Shown here piece by piece: positions 1 through 14,157 of a stretch of 64,000 nucleotides of DNA (the stretch's first letter is position 1; each line of letters starts with the position of its first letter). The stretch lies in contig OX597819.1 of assembly GCA_951406725.2 (NCBI GenBank), forward strand, positions 103,044,001 to 103,108,000. Direction: 5' to 3'. Both the position numbers and the translations under genes were made by a program. The notes below the pieces were generated by a model, which searched no databases, had not been told where the DNA came from, and saw nothing but the letters and a program-made list of their open reading frames with translations. This DNA is from Octopus vulgaris. Taxonomy: Eukaryota.

Positions 1-780
1 TAAATATATAATATCAATATGTAATCTAAATAAATTTATATGCCAGTGTGCGTTGTTACCTTCTATTTGATTGTTTAAGGTAGTTAGAGTAAAACTATTG
101 GGATTAAATGTAAATAACATCGTGGAAAACAGAATAAATTTTACATTCAAATCATATGTGATGGACGAGGTAATGTATTTACTAAATTACATACATTTAT
201 ACAGAACTAAACTACGTATCTCAGACACATTCACAAAGTCTTGTGTGGGCGAGAGCGTTCGTGTGTGCATGTATAAGTTTATGTATGTGTGTAAGTGTGT
301 GTGTGTGTGTGTGTGTGTATGATCGTGCGTGTGTGTCAGTGAATGTATGTGTGTATGTGTGCATATGTGAATCTACGTTTGCGTATAGATAGGTATTTAA
401 TTTTCAATTCCTGCATCTGTTTCGTATCCACAGAGGTTCTCTAAAATCTGCTACGTTACTTACGTGAAACTATGGTATTGATATATAGATATCTGCGTGT
501 CTATGTATGCCTATGTATGTATGAATGTATGTATGTATACTACCTACAAGAAACGCCCACATGACACACTCTCATATATGCATACAGGCATAGGTAACAC
601 ATACGTAGATATACATTTCAAAATCTACACCTTTAAGCACAAGCGCATGTCTTCATTTTAATGTTTACGCCCGTAATCTATTCCATGAATATTCATGAAA
701 TATAAGTAAATAAAACAGCGCATATGAAAGAGGGGCAAGAATAGTATGTAAAAATAAACAGACAGATAGGCAGACAGGTC

Positions 781-846
<66 letters not shown>

Positions 847-1945
847 CATTCATGCAGAAATATAGGTAAATTATGCACACACAAATATATACAAAGAGAG
901 ATGTATACATAAATATAACATTCGACAAACATATATGTATAGATAATAAGCATATGGATATTCAAACAAATATCATACTTTCGATGTTATTTATGTCTCG
1001 TCTCACTGGAGATCTCTGACGTATCAATAGTTTACTATCAAGAACCATAATTGCCCGTGAACCTGTCTTCAAATTCTTATCCCTTAAGCTACAATATATA
1101 TACATATGCATATGCACACACACACGCACAGACACTCACAAGCGCGCGCACATACACGCATGCACGCACTCACACACATACTGCATTGTATTATATGACC
1201 TCGGATGAGACTGTATTCAATATATTCTTAGATTTAACATTGCACATTATAATGAAACTTAGTTATTACTAGTTAGAAATAATTATATAATCACCTTTAA
1301 TAAAAGTCGACACCTTTAATAAACTGTAATCAAGCAAAGGAGACAATATAGGTGTTTCTTTTATCTGCTGTCCTCACTCGATTTTACTTTCAATGTAAAA
1401 TGTAGTTTTCAAGAAAAACAATATCCATTGAATCCGGTATCTTTGTCTTTGGGTCAAGTATAACTACACTATTTTGATAATGGACAACACAATACCTTGT
1501 TTTCGTATTTTTGTCGGTAAGAATTCCAGCGCTTATCATATTCTTCTGGGAGTGAAAGATCCATGGGAAGGACGGAGGACGGTATCCTCGAATTTGTGAT
1601 CTGGCTTTTAACAGACTTCGCTTAAAGTGCCCTAGTTACCAAGTTAGGGTGTTAAGATTAGCGACCGATTCTGCCCACTAGTCACGTAGACCATCGGAGA
1701 TGTGAACAAGGATTTCAATGACGCAGGACAAATAATGCTAGGCACCCGGTTTCCCGTTCTAACCGTTTTCACAAACCACCACTAACTTGGATTCGTACAT
1801 TTTATCGAAGAATAAAAAGCATAGTATATCTTCGTAAAATATGAACTCGGATCATGATAGTCTAAAAAATATACCACAAAGCATCTGGCACAAATAATGC
1901 AAGGTATCCAGTTCCACGTTCTTACATTTTCGCCAAACCAACGCC

Positions 1946-2290
1946 TCATTTCTTTCTTTTCATGATATTAATCTGTTGAATGAGAGGTTTTCTTCTAGCT
2001 GCTCGTCCATCATACCCAAGCTTATGCGGATATATAACACACGTTCTTGGACTAACTTCTAGCTGTTTTCCAATGTCAGAAGCCTTCGAACGAGGTTCGT
2101 ATTCCACAATTCTCTTCAAACAGCGAAGTTTTCTCTCCGAGGGCCCAGATCGGCCGGGACGAGAATCTTTTGATTCTTTTCCTTGGCTTTTGAATTGCAC
2201 TATAATTATATTAAGAGTAGCAAGAGGCAATTTTTCCATTACGTAGAAGACAGAATCGTAAAAAAATTGTGAGCAAATTTTTGTTTTCAT
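1946..2290 (-). pseudogene. Tc1-family transposase relic (N-terminal DNA-binding region)
   Basis: The ORF reads RPGRSGPSERKLRCLKRIVEYEPRSKASDIGKQLEVSPRTC...KLGYDGRAARRKPLI, matching the GRP-linker, second HTH and 'LG..RxARRKPL' pattern of Tc1 transposases. It stops before any DDE domain, and no TIRs were identified. Confidence 0.75.
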
Positions 2291-2510
2291 CTTCGTTTAT
2301 GGCATAGATAATTTTTTAATCTGAAATGCCACTTTCGGCATCCAGGACATGTTGGTTGGCCCGAGGCTATGGTTGAAAACACTTACCGGCAAACAGAGTG
2401 GGGAGAGAAACAGGACAATTCACACGATCCGATGTTTTTCCTAAAGGAAATGGATATTCTTCCTAACCCACACGGTTCCGGGTACAGTCCCACTGCATGG
2501 CACCTTCGGG

Positions 2511-3200
2511 AAACACTGGAGTTTAAAGGACGTTGTTGTACACCTATTACACTATTTATTAGTTTCTTTTTGCTCTGGTCAAACACTAGAGATTAAAGGT
2601 CATGGTCTGACGATGTGAATTTTCTGAGTCCTCTCAACGACCCCCGCTCGCGAGCGTGCACTTTTTTTTATATTCGTTTACAGCAACTTGTACACCTATT
2701 ACACTGTTTTTTAATTTTTTAATTTTCGGTTTTTTGCTCGGGTCATGGTCTGACGATGTGAAATTTCCGAGTCCTCTCCTCGAACCCCCGTTCGTGAGTG
2801 CGCATTTTTTTTTCATATTTATTTACTACATGTTGGCGTACATCTTTTACACGATTAATATTTTTTTTTGCTCGGGTCAAACACAAGAGTTTAAAGGCCA
2901 TGGTCTGACGATGTGAATTTTCCTAATCTTCTCCCTACCCCTCCTTTCGCGAGTGCGCATTTATTTTTCATATTTATTTACTACGTTTTTGTACAGCTAT
3001 TACAATGTTTAAAAAAAAAATTTAGCTTGGGTCAAACACTAGAGTTTAAAGGTCATGGTATGACGATGTGAATTTTCTGAGTCCTCTCCCCCACATAGCA
3101 CGCATTGTTTTTTTCAGATTCGTTTATAGCAAGTTGTTTTACACCTATTACACTATCTTTTCCGTTTTTCTTTTTACTTTTTTTGCTCGGGTCAAACCCT
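2511..3200. repeat. ~150-bp tandem repeat, about 4.5 diverged copies
   Basis: The core GGTCATGGTCTGACGATGTGAA(A/T)TTT recurs near 2598, 2741, 2897 and 3051. TACACCTATTACAC and GCTCGGGTCAAAC recur with the same period. Confidence 0.9.
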
Positions 3201-3913
3201 TTAGTTTGACCGATTAGCTCAAGATATACAGTAGGATCGATCTCGAAATCTCGTGATTGCTAATGGAATTACTTAATCATTCAGCAGTAGAGCGCTGAAA
3301 GAGATCATCAAAGATAACATTAGTACCACAACTGAGAAAGCAGCGATAATATTCTTCAAGTGTATCCTCAATTTTAGCAACCCAGAAAACACTAACTGAA
3401 CGTCCCATGTTCGAAGATTGAGGTCAATCAATTTATTAAAACACTTCAAATAAGAAAATTTTATTCTGAAAGAAATGCTTAAAGTAATATCGAAATCGAG
3501 AGGAATCATACACCGCTTACCCACCCCACTATTTCTTTACATTCTTTTCCGCACTTCTTTTCTCCCCCCACCACCACCACGTCGCTTTCTTTCTGTATCT
3601 TAGTTTTGTCCTCTCTTACCATTTTATTCTATTATTCATCGTATTCACTCTCTGTCCATTTATCTACTTTCGTTTCTTCCTGTCTCCCCCTCTGCTTGCA
3701 TCACTACGTCGCTTCTTCTATCACTGCTGCAGCCATACACTTTCGCTCCCTCTCGCTCTCACTTTCTTTTTCTCATATATATAAAGTACACAACCATGTA
3801 GACACACACACACGCACACACACATATATATATATATATACATATATATTTATGTGTGTGTCTCTATGTATGTGTGTGTATATATATATTTATATATATC
3901 TATATATATATAT

Positions 3914-3995
<82 letters not shown>

Positions 3996-4401
3996 GTCTC
4001 CTGCCCCTTTTATCTCTTAATACCTCCATCTCTTACTCTCTCCAGTTGATGACCATATAATACTCTGTAAACCTCCACAACCTCCCAGTGTCTTCAAATT
4101 TTCTAAAACTGCCTGAAATTTCAACATAGACACTTAACAATTTCTTTCAAATGAGATTTGGCAATGGATTTTTAAATTTTTGTAATTAAGTTCAATTAAA
4201 GAGAAAACAAAATCATAAACAGAAACACCGCCGCCACACCGCCGCCGCCTCCGCCACCTCAACCAGCAGCAGCAACAACAACAACAACAAAACTATCAAC
4301 AGCAAGTACAGTAAAAGCAATAACGAAGAGACAACGAGAATAGTACGAAAAAGAAGAGCAAAAATATATCTTCATCTGAAATATCAAAAAGAAAAAAAAG
4401 A

Positions 4402-4454
<53 letters not shown>

Positions 4455-4817
4455 ACATCGACACCACCAAAAACAACAACATTAACAATAACAACATCAA
4501 CATCAAACAAATAAAATTTCCCGCCGAAAACCTGAAATAAAGAGATAAAATTTACGACAATTAAAATCGTTTATTAGATTTACAGCATTGCCAAATAGCA
4601 GAACACTTATGAAGAATGTTTAGTCGAATAAACTGGAGATTTACCTTTTTTCTTTCTTTTTTTTTTTTTTGTTTTGTTATATATGTTGTTCTTGTAATTG
4701 TTTCTATTGAAGTTGAAATTTCTATTATATTACTTTTTATTACTATAATGGAAATAAAATTCCATACATTGCCATCTGTGAAGTTTTGTTGTGATGTATT
4801 TATTGCAATATGTAATC

Positions 4818-4892
<75 letters not shown>

Positions 4893-5068
4893 ATATGTAT
4901 GTATGTATATATGTATGTATGTATATATGTATGTATATATGCATATATAAATATATATATATCTGTATGTATATATGTGATTATTATCATTACACATATG
5001 TATCTGACACACACGTGCGGGCACGCATATAGATATGCATGCCTATATGTGTGTATCTACGTTTGTGG

Positions 5069-5124
<56 letters not shown>

Positions 5125-5260
5125 GTGTACACGCATACATACAAACATTCATGCAAATGCACATAGATATATGTATATATATGTAAGTATGTATATTTGT
5201 ATGTATATAGTGTATATACGTATTATATATAAATGTAGTGTACTGTTCTTTGATGGTAGG

Positions 5261-5629
5261 ATCAATTAAACAGTACTCCATCTCGTGAGGGATAAATATT
5301 ATTTAATAAACATAATCTATATTTTTATGTACTACTACTAGTTCATGTGCTGAGAGCATGCCAGACAACATTTTTTTTACATGTCTGGTGTTCTAGCACA
5401 ATCTGCAGATACTGCATGCGCGGCGGTGCTTGAGAGCATTGCAGCGCCGAGAGCATGCCAGACAGCATTTTTAACCTCGTCTGAAGATTGTACTGGGAGA
5501 CCAAACGCGTTAAAAAGTGCAGTTTGACATGCTCTTACCACACTGAACTAGTAGTAGCACATAAGAACATAAATTGTGCTTATTAAATAATATTTATCTG
5601 TCACCAGAGAGAGTACATTCTTTGTTGAT
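5261..5629. mobile_element. MITE-like fold-back element with ~90-100 bp imperfect terminal inverted repeats
   Basis: GATAAATATTATTTAATAA...TACTACTAGTTCA...GAGCATG on the left is the reverse complement of CATGCTC...TGAACTAGTAGTAG...TTATTAAATAATATTTATC on the right. An internal direct repeat GAGCATGCCAGACA is also present. No ORF. Confidence 0.75.
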
Positions 5630-5719
5630 GAATCGTCTACAACGTGGAAATAGGTGCAAAAATACTCCAGAAACATGTAAAATCAGTTGTAACAAAACTA
5701 CTTCAGTTCCTTTCACCAA

Positions 5720-5882
5720 ATGGTGTGGCTGTCTGGTTAGAAATTTGCTTCCCAGTCACATAGTCCTCAGTTCAATCTCATTGAGCGGCACCTTAGGCAA
5801 GTGTCTTCTACTATAACCAAGTTCGACCAAAGCGTGGTTAGTGAATTTAGTTTAGTGGACAGAAACTTTTTTTTAAATCTGT

Positions 5883-5931
<49 letters not shown>

Positions 5932-6130
5932 GGGGGATTGGGGTGTATATGCACGTGTGTGTTTATCAGAGCTTTTGCATATCACTCCCCGCTGCTAGAC
6001 AACAGGTTGTCTTGTTAACTTACCTGTAACTTAGCGGTTTGCAATACAGAGAGCAATTTGTTCGACTCGAGCCTTCGGGGAAGAGATGCAATATGGCCGC
6101 AGTGTAGTGACTGAAAAACTAAGTGATAGA
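5720..6130 (+). mobile_element. tRNA-derived SINE family A (CORE-like), degenerate copy
   Basis: It has an A-box-like TGGCTGTCTGG, the GGCACCTTAGGCAAGTGTCTT core, an internal (TA)n and a degenerate tail. It aligns by eye with the full copy at 37836-38295. Confidence 0.8.
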
Positions 6131-6374
6131 AGATAATGTAGTTTAGAAATGTTTAATTTCCAATATTTCAATAGGGAGAGCACAATATTTTCTATTCATG
6201 AGTGAAGAGTTACAACAGCCTCTGTCTTTGACTTCTCATGCCAGAAAGATCACAGAACGAATCATTTGGAAGGAAATCTGATAAAAACTACATTCCTGAA
6301 AGAAACGTAAACTTGTTCTTCAGTTATCTAGTAACTGTCTCACACAGGTTCGATTACATTATTATTTGGATACT

Positions 6375-6510
6375 TCTGCCGAGGTCCACTTTGCCTTGCA
6401 TCCTTTCGGGGTCGATAAATTAAGTGCCAGTTACGCACTGGAGTCAATGTAATCGACTTGTCCCCTCTCCAAAAATTTCAGGTCTCCTGCTTTTATTAGA
6501 AAGTATTATT
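6375..6510 (+). mobile_element. SINE family B, 3' part
   Basis: It carries the GCCTTGCATCCTTTCGGGGTCGATAAATTAAGTGCCAG central domain shared with many copies in the window. Confidence 0.8.
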
Positions 6511-7048
6511 ATCCCGACACTAAAATAGTAGATCAACCAGTCAGAGACGGACAAAATTGATCACGAGATAACACACCGGCATCATAACATTTATGTAATA
6601 TTCCTAAAAGATAGTAGGCCAACTGTAGCAGCCAATGGTATTCTCTATAAAGTGTCAACTCTCAAGGAACGAGGTCACATGGTATTTACGTCGGTTCGTG
6701 TTTGTTTATATTATTAATAGCCAAGAGAAGGAACTCGAAGTTGTGCATAATTGGTCAGAAAGGCAACACAGCACAAGTTGGAAGAAACTACGACGTGAAT
6801 GTTCAAATTGGGGATTGAAAAGTCGTTTCAGCGCAAACGGACAGCAGAGGAATTCTTCGGAAGAAGAATTCCGTCAAGTTCCATGAGCATATTCTGAAAA
6901 TACAAATAAACTTATAGATATATGTATGTGAGTCTGTGTTTGTGCGTTTGTGTGTGTGTATGTGTGTGTGCGCACGTATATATACACATAAGTACACACT
7001 CATACGCACACACACATACATATGTATATGCGTATTATACATACATAC

Positions 7049-7134
<86 letters not shown>

Positions 7135-7564
7135 CTACATCACATGCATGCGCCCACATACGCATTTATACATAAATACCTTCACAGGTATATAGGCGGG
7201 GCCATGGCTGTGAAAATTATCTGTTCTTCTCCAAACTACGTGTTTCGGGTTCAGTTCCACTGCGCGATACTTTGGCTATGTGCCCTCTACTATAGACTCG
7301 AACTGCTCCGAAACCCTAGCCGGCAGAAACTTCGCGAAAAATCAATCATACACGCGGAACATCGGATGGAAAACAGTGAAAGAAAGATTCCTGGGTTTAC
7401 CTTCAAGTAAAAGTTGATGTATAGGAGAGGGTTGCTGAAATGTTCCTAGATTTGGGTAAAAAAAAAAAATACAGGAGGATTGGTTAATTTATGATTTTAT
7501 TCAACATGTGGCGGCGGCGGCGGCGGCGGCGGTGGTGGTGGTGGTGGTGGTATTGATGTAGAAT

Positions 7565-7790
7565 GTAGGTGTTGAAAACTCCCATCCAACAGTCACAAGT
7601 TCTAACGTGGAAAATTAATCTGCTAGACATAACAGCAGGGTCTCCTTCAAGTCACTGCCCATTGTCTTATAAATTAACACATTAAAGAATGTAATACACG
7701 GTACATATAGCTGGAAAACGCATGGCGATCATGATAAAAAGTATTGAATTGCAGGTCAATTTGACCAGGGATAATTCTGAAAATTGTTCT
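7565..7790 (+). mobile_element. SINE-like family D, degenerate
   Basis: The CTGCTAGA(C/A)ATA(A/G)CAGC...CTCC(T/C)TCAA motif is shared with 9590-9820 (+) and 18200-18600 (-). Confidence 0.5.
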
Positions 7791-7878
7791 CCGTTGGCTA
7801 GTAACAGCAGCAGTGGTGTTAGTAGTAGTAGTAGTAGTAGTAGCAGCAGCAGCAGCAGCAGCAGCAGTAGTTGTAGTT

Positions 7879-7927
<49 letters not shown>

Positions 7928-8346
7928 CTGTTGCTGTTCTTATTGCAACTGAGTTTTACAATCGCCCTACAATTTCAAAAAGTTGTGTTGAAATTCTATT
8001 TAGGTGTATACGATTGGCTATGACATGATGAATTTCTGTATGTGCGTATATATGTATGTATATGCGTGTGTTTGTTTATGCATTTCTGTATATCTGTGTG
8101 GCTCTGTGATGGTATGTGTCTGTGTATGTCTGTGCATGAGTTTGTTCATAGTATCTGTTTGCACGTGCGCATGTGCTGAATTTTTCAGTTTCTTTTTTAT
8201 GTTTGTATACATAGAATACTTTCGCATATCTTATATATATATATACATACATACATACATACATACATACACAAAAACATATATATATATATACGTATGC
8301 ATACACACATGTATATGTGCATGTATAGATATGTTTATATGTATAT

Positions 8347-8388
<42 letters not shown>

Positions 8389-8430
8389 ATACATATATGA
8401 ATATATATATATGTATATACATATAAATAC

Positions 8431-8471
<41 letters not shown>

Positions 8472-9085
8472 TATGGGATGGGGATACATGCTAATGTATT
8501 TGTATATCTGTATGTTAAAAACAAAACATACCTAGGGCATACACAAGAGATCAAAACTGATAATTTAAAGGGAATTTAAAACTGAAAAGAAATGTACGAA
8601 AGCCAACGAAATAATACATACATAAACCAAAAATATGTATGTATATATGTATATATGTATATATGTTTGTATGCGTGCATGTATCTGGAAGGCTTTGAAA
8701 CGTGTGAATGAGTTGGTAGTAAATATGATGCAGTAAAGTGTCTTCACTTTTGTCTCTTTATTCCTCTCTTAATTTTCCCTTCGCTTTTTATCTCCCTTTT
8801 TTTCTTTACTTTATTTTGGAGGGGCGTTTTTATTTTCAATTACGTATTTTTTTATATTCTCATTTTGTTTTGGAATTTTTGTTTGTTTCTGTATCATTTA
8901 AATTTGAATAATATTTTTGCTCACGTTTTCTAATACACACAGACGGTTATGCATAAAATATACACGCTTTACATACACAAACATTTATGTATAAATATAC
9001 ATATATATATATATATGAAAGTGTATTTTTATGTTTTACATTCTACGTATAAATGTGTATGTAAGTTATACATACATATGTACAT

Positions 9086-9132
<47 letters not shown>

Positions 9133-9245
9133 ATATATAAATATATATATTTATCTATATGTGTATATATATACCATATATATATACATATATATACCAT
9201 ATATATACTATATATATATATGTATATATATATATACACACACAG

Positions 9246-9320
<75 letters not shown>

Positions 9321-10078
9321 TTCTTTCGTATTGACATTTACTTTTCGTCTTTGTCCGTAAAATGGTTTATTCCTCTTGTTGTTTATATTTGTCCTGTTCA
9401 ACATTTTTTTTCGTTTGTGTTCAAAATTTTAATCACTATATATTTTTAAAGATAATTAACAGCATCAGAAGACAAGTACTACCACTACAGCCGCAGCTGC
9501 TGCTGCTGCTACTACTACCGTCGCTGTTACTATGCATAATACTATTACGGCTACCATATGATAAAATCAAGAATTCTACTGCAAGATATGTGTGGGGAAA
9601 CTTGACCGAAGGGAAATTGCAGCCACATCACCCTCAAATCAAACAGGTCCGTTTCAAAAATGAAAAGAAAGAAAGAAAACGATCACAACGTAATTTTTTT
9701 AAAAAATATCTCTTAATAGGAAGAGAGAGAAAAGAAACATATATGTAAGATTAATTGAACTGGGCGTTGCGATCTTTTGTTTGATCGATTGTGGCTGACC
9801 GAGGGCTAAATAAGATCATCTAGAATAACAGCAGCAGCAGCAGCAGCAGCCAAGAAAAAAACATACACACACACAAAAATAATTACACTGTGTGCTACTA
9901 CTATAGTGATAGGTAACCACTTCTTTCTTAGAAAAATGACAAGAATTTTGTTGTGAAATAAGGGAGTGGCAATCGATTATATCGACCTTGCTATTTGATT
10001 CGTAATTATTTTGTCGAAGCCGAATGATTAAGGGCAAAGTTCGCAAAGAAAAAACAAACTTGAATTCTCCTAGTACAT

Positions 10079-10395
10079 GGCCGCAGGCGTAGCTGTATGG
10101 TAAGAAGCTTGCTTCCAAACCACTTGGTTCCAGGTTCAGTCTTACTGCGTGGCACCTTGGGCAATAGCCTCGGGCCGACCAAAGCTTTGTGAGTGTATTT
10201 GATAAACGGAAACTGAAAGAAGCCAGTCGAATGTGTGTGTGTGTGTGTGTGTGTGTGTCTGTCTTCGTCCTCTCACCACTTCTTGACAACCGATGTTGGT
10301 GTGTTTTCGCTCCCGTAACAGAGCTGTTCGACTAAAGGCGGTGCTCCAGCATGGCCAGTGTCAAATAACTGAAACCAATAAAAAAAATAAAAGAA
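10079..10395 (+). mobile_element. SINE family A with internal deletions
   Basis: Head GGCCGCAGGCGTAGCTGTATGGTAAG, B-box-like GGTTCAGTC, a (TG)n tract and tail GGCGGTGCTCCAGCATGGCC...CTGAAAC. Confidence 0.85.
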
Positions 10396-10582
10396 TGAAT
10401 GTTCTTTGAACCCAAGTAGATACCTTTACAAATTTAAGTACAGTTATGTCAATTAAATTAAGCATGAAAATTAACTAAGAATTCTGAATTGCATTCCTGT
10501 TAATATCTGACCAAGGTGCGAACAAAAGAATTCGTAATCAATCATCTGATTGTTGATGTTATTGTTGTTGCTACTAATATAT

Positions 10583-10862
10583 AGGCGCAGAAATGGCGAT
10601 GTGGTAAGAAACTTGCTTCCCAGCCACATGGGTCCGGGTTCACTCCCAGTGCGTGATACCTTGGGCAAGTGTCTTCTACTGTAGCCTCGAGCCGGCCAAA
10701 ACCGTGTGAATGGATTTGGTATACAGAAACTGAAAGAATCATGTAGGGTGTATTTACGTGTGTGCATATTTGTGTCGGTGTGTGTCCCCCTACCCTCGCT
10801 TAACAACCGATGTTGGTGTGTTTATGTCCCTGAAACTTAGCGGGTCGGCATAAGAGACCGAA
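10583..10862 (+). mobile_element. SINE family A, 3'-truncated
   Basis: Head plus the ACCTTGGGCAAGTGTCTT core. Similarity ends at GAGACCGA. Confidence 0.85.
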
Positions 10863-11090
10863 TGCTCCAAATGAGGAGTAGGTAGACATCCGACAACTGA
10901 TGAAGGGTCCATTCTCTGTGTTTACTTGTTCTCATTTTACGTATTTTATGTTGTTTGCATAGTTGGTGACGTCCTATTATTATGTATATAAATGTAAGAC
11001 CTAACTGTGAACACGACTACGTTGTCCTGTACTTGTCTCTTGTGTGTTTACATACTTTTTACCTGTTGGTGATGTCTTGTTCTTAATGTG

Positions 11091-11150
<60 letters not shown>

Positions 11151-11204
11151 GTATGGGGGTTTCTGCGTGTGAGTGTGTGTGTGTGTGTATATATGTATGT
11201 ATGT

Positions 11205-11391
11205 TCTTTTTTTTACTTGTTTCAACCATACTGCGGCCATGCTGGAGAACCACCTTTGGTCGAGCAAATCGATCCCAGAACTTATTACTTATTCTATCGG
11301 TCTCTTTTGCCGAACCGCTACGTTATAGGGACGTAAACACACCAACATAGGTTCTCAAGCGATGGTGGGTGACAAACACAGACACAAATAA

Positions 11392-11473
<82 letters not shown>

Positions 11474-11690
11474 GGCGGTGCCCCAGCATGGCCACAGCTC
11501 ATAAGCTGAAACTAGAATCAATCAATCAATCAATCATATATATACAACGTGCTTTACTCAGTTTCCTCAACCAAATCCACTCACAAAGCTTTGGTCGGCC
11601 CCAGGCTATAGTAGAAGACACTTGCCCATGGTGCGGAATCATGTGGTTAGGAAGCAAGCTTCTTAGCACACAGCCATTCCTGCACCTACA
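11205..11690 (-). mobile_element. SINE family A, with an extra plus-strand tail fragment (11471-11520) inside its internal (TA)n
   Basis: Reverse complement of the family A pattern. AATGGCGGTGCCCCAGCATGGCC...CTGAAACTAG lies in the opposite orientation right after the (TA)n. Confidence 0.85.
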
Positions 11691-13942
11691 TATATATATA
11701 TATATATAGCTTTGACCGACTGAGTCCCTGTATATTGTGGCCCCGAGAAGGATATTTTCTGATCAGCATTGAAGACAAAAACCGAAATTGCTCTTCACAT
11801 AACGTATTAGTGGTACAAAAATATTTTCTTAAAATCAAGCATCATTACGTATTCAAACACTAATATATCATTTTACCAGCTTAATTTTACACATGCCTCT
11901 AAATAGTTTTAATATACGACAGTCGAACCGTTAGCAGCTAAGTATAGTTTTTAGTACATGAAACTGTCAGGTTCAATTCTGAAATAATAAATAATTATTT
12001 AAACCTAAAATTCACAGCATATCTTTGTGTTTCTAACATATCTTGGATGTAATCATGAGAATACTAAATAGTTTTGGTATTAAAGAGAAAACGATATGCT
12101 CTTAAGATATATAGACGCATACAATAATCTCAAATGTTTATTTAAATCAATAGTTCTTGTTTTTATCATGAATTATATTTAGCAAAATATATCACATTGT
12201 TCAGGGTAGTGAATATGGTGCTGTGGCTTCCATGCATTTCACGGAATATAAGCTGCTTAAGAGATGAATAAAATGTAAACCATTTTGAACTATATATTTT
12301 GGTTTAGCATATTGTGGTCTCTAATATTTGTCACTTTTTCTGCTTCTGTTTAAAATTGTTTTATCTTTATATTAACTTTTTATTTCGTATCAGGTTACAA
12401 GGGTTTCAAATTCGCTTTGTAGTTAGCTGACATCATCGGCCCTGTTCTTATTTCTGTTGAGATATCCCAGCCACTTCCATTTCACTTAAGTTGCTAATTT
12501 CCATAAGAATCTCATGAGAATCGCAACTTCGTATTCCACATCTCATCTAAAAGTATATATTTTTATGCAAGATGACACGTCTTCTATAAATCTCTTGGAA
12601 AATTACTGCTTTGGTGAAGATTTAAAGTTGTGTCACAAGGATGCTATTAATCAAAATGGTGGAGAATGAGAGAAGAGAGAACACAGCGTTAAACAAAAAT
12701 AAATACAATTACTTTTGTAACTCTATACTCTGATTTCGTATCTCACGCTGGCAATCTTTATATTTCAGTTAGAGGAAGAATAAGTACCAGTAATACACTG
12801 TTATAATTCATCACAAATATAACCAACCGAGGCGCAACTGAAGGAACGCTAACGTAATCACGTTGAAATAAACTTAATATCTCGCTCTAATCATATCCCA
12901 TTGATTTCATAATCAGAGGAATATTTTTGTCAATGTAACCCTAGATATTCTGACGGAATAGAAATGAACTGGTGGTGATAATGAGCACCTTTTATCCTTT
13001 ATTCGGTGAAGGAAAGAAATCTCCCAAGTTTTTCAGAGGTTTCTTCCCTGGTAAGATGAAGGGACGAAATCTTTCTCAAACCGTAAATCTTGAGCGCATG
13101 TCTGCAACAGAATAATCGCCGCTAAAGCTCGTCAAGGAGCAGATCGTAGCATTAAACCGAATGAAGGATTTAATCTACCATCTCCATACTCGGGAACCAA
13201 ACGGCCAGAAGTGATGCTGTCACACGACACCCCAACCGACGCTTTAACTCCTCTACCAACCAATCAATAAACCTAACTCCTTCAATAGGACCCCTTTTTA
13301 GCAATCCCGAAAAACTGAAAGATAAGGCTGACATCGATAAGATTTAAACCCAAAGTGCAATTAACCTGAATTAATACAAGAACTTTTGTGCTGCTCTCTC
13401 GCAAATCTGCTCTGTTCAGTTGCAAATTGTAGCTAAAACAAAGAACAGTGAGACTTGTATATCGAATAACGTAATTGTATATTTGGGATGGGAAACGTTT
13501 TGTTGGAAATGTTGATTGTGAATTCTATAATCTTTTACGACCTTTATGTGGCAATAAGAAATAAACCAAATAACACAGGGGAAGACCAGACGCTATACTC
13601 TTTCTTATTTACGACACATTTCTTTGAAGCTGCAATAACAATCGGCCCTAGTTTCGCTGTTGATAAATTAAGTTTACGTAATAAACCAATAAATTTTATA
13701 TATACTTGCATATATAGATATTACATCTATCTATCTGTCTGTCTTTCTGTCTCTCTCCCCCTCTCTTTCTCTCTCTCTCTCTCTCTCTGTGAATACAAAC
13801 ACACACACATACATATACATGAATATATGTACGTATTTTTGTACGCGCTTTTGTGATCGTATGTATGTACTGATGTTATATATATATATCAGGCGTTGCC
13901 CATGGTTATTGTAAGTTACTAATTAAAAACGAAATCAGACAG

Positions 13943-14157
13943 TGAGCTGCCAGAAACTTTAGCACGCCGGACAAAATGCTTAGTAGCATTTTGTCTGTCT
14001 ATACGTTCTCTATGTGTTCTAATTCCGCCACGGTAGACTTTGCCTTTCATCTTTTCGAGGTCGATAAATTAAGTATTAGTTGTGTAGTAAGGTCGATGTA
14101 ATTAATTAGCCCGCTACCCCAAAATTTCAGGCTTTGTGCGTACAAAAGAAAGGATTA
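13943..14157 (+). mobile_element. SINE family B, near full length
   Basis: GAGCTGCCAGAAAC...TTAGCACGCCGG...GACTTTGCCTTTCATC...GTCGATAAATTAAGTA. Confidence 0.85.

Noticed and set aside
2595-3080. GTC-ATGGT-CTGACGA-TGT-GAA(A/T) in the 150-bp repeat as a tandem (retrozyme-like) hammerhead
   Set aside because: Core-like words occur in type III order, but only 5 and 3 nt are available for stems I and II. GAAA is present in just one copy.
2511-3200. Regularly spaced conserved ~25-30-nt core as a CRISPR array
   Set aside because: The intervening sequences are homologous to each other rather than unique spacers. The context is eukaryotic and there are no cas genes.
6720-6895. Possible pogo-type transposase N-terminal relic (ELEVV...GNTAQVGRNYDVN)
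   Set aside because: The resemblance is short, frameshifted and by eye only, and no TIR was found. It needs an HMM search.
10890-10910. ACAACTGATGAAGGG as a hammerhead start
   Set aside because: There is no downstream stem II partner or GAAA.
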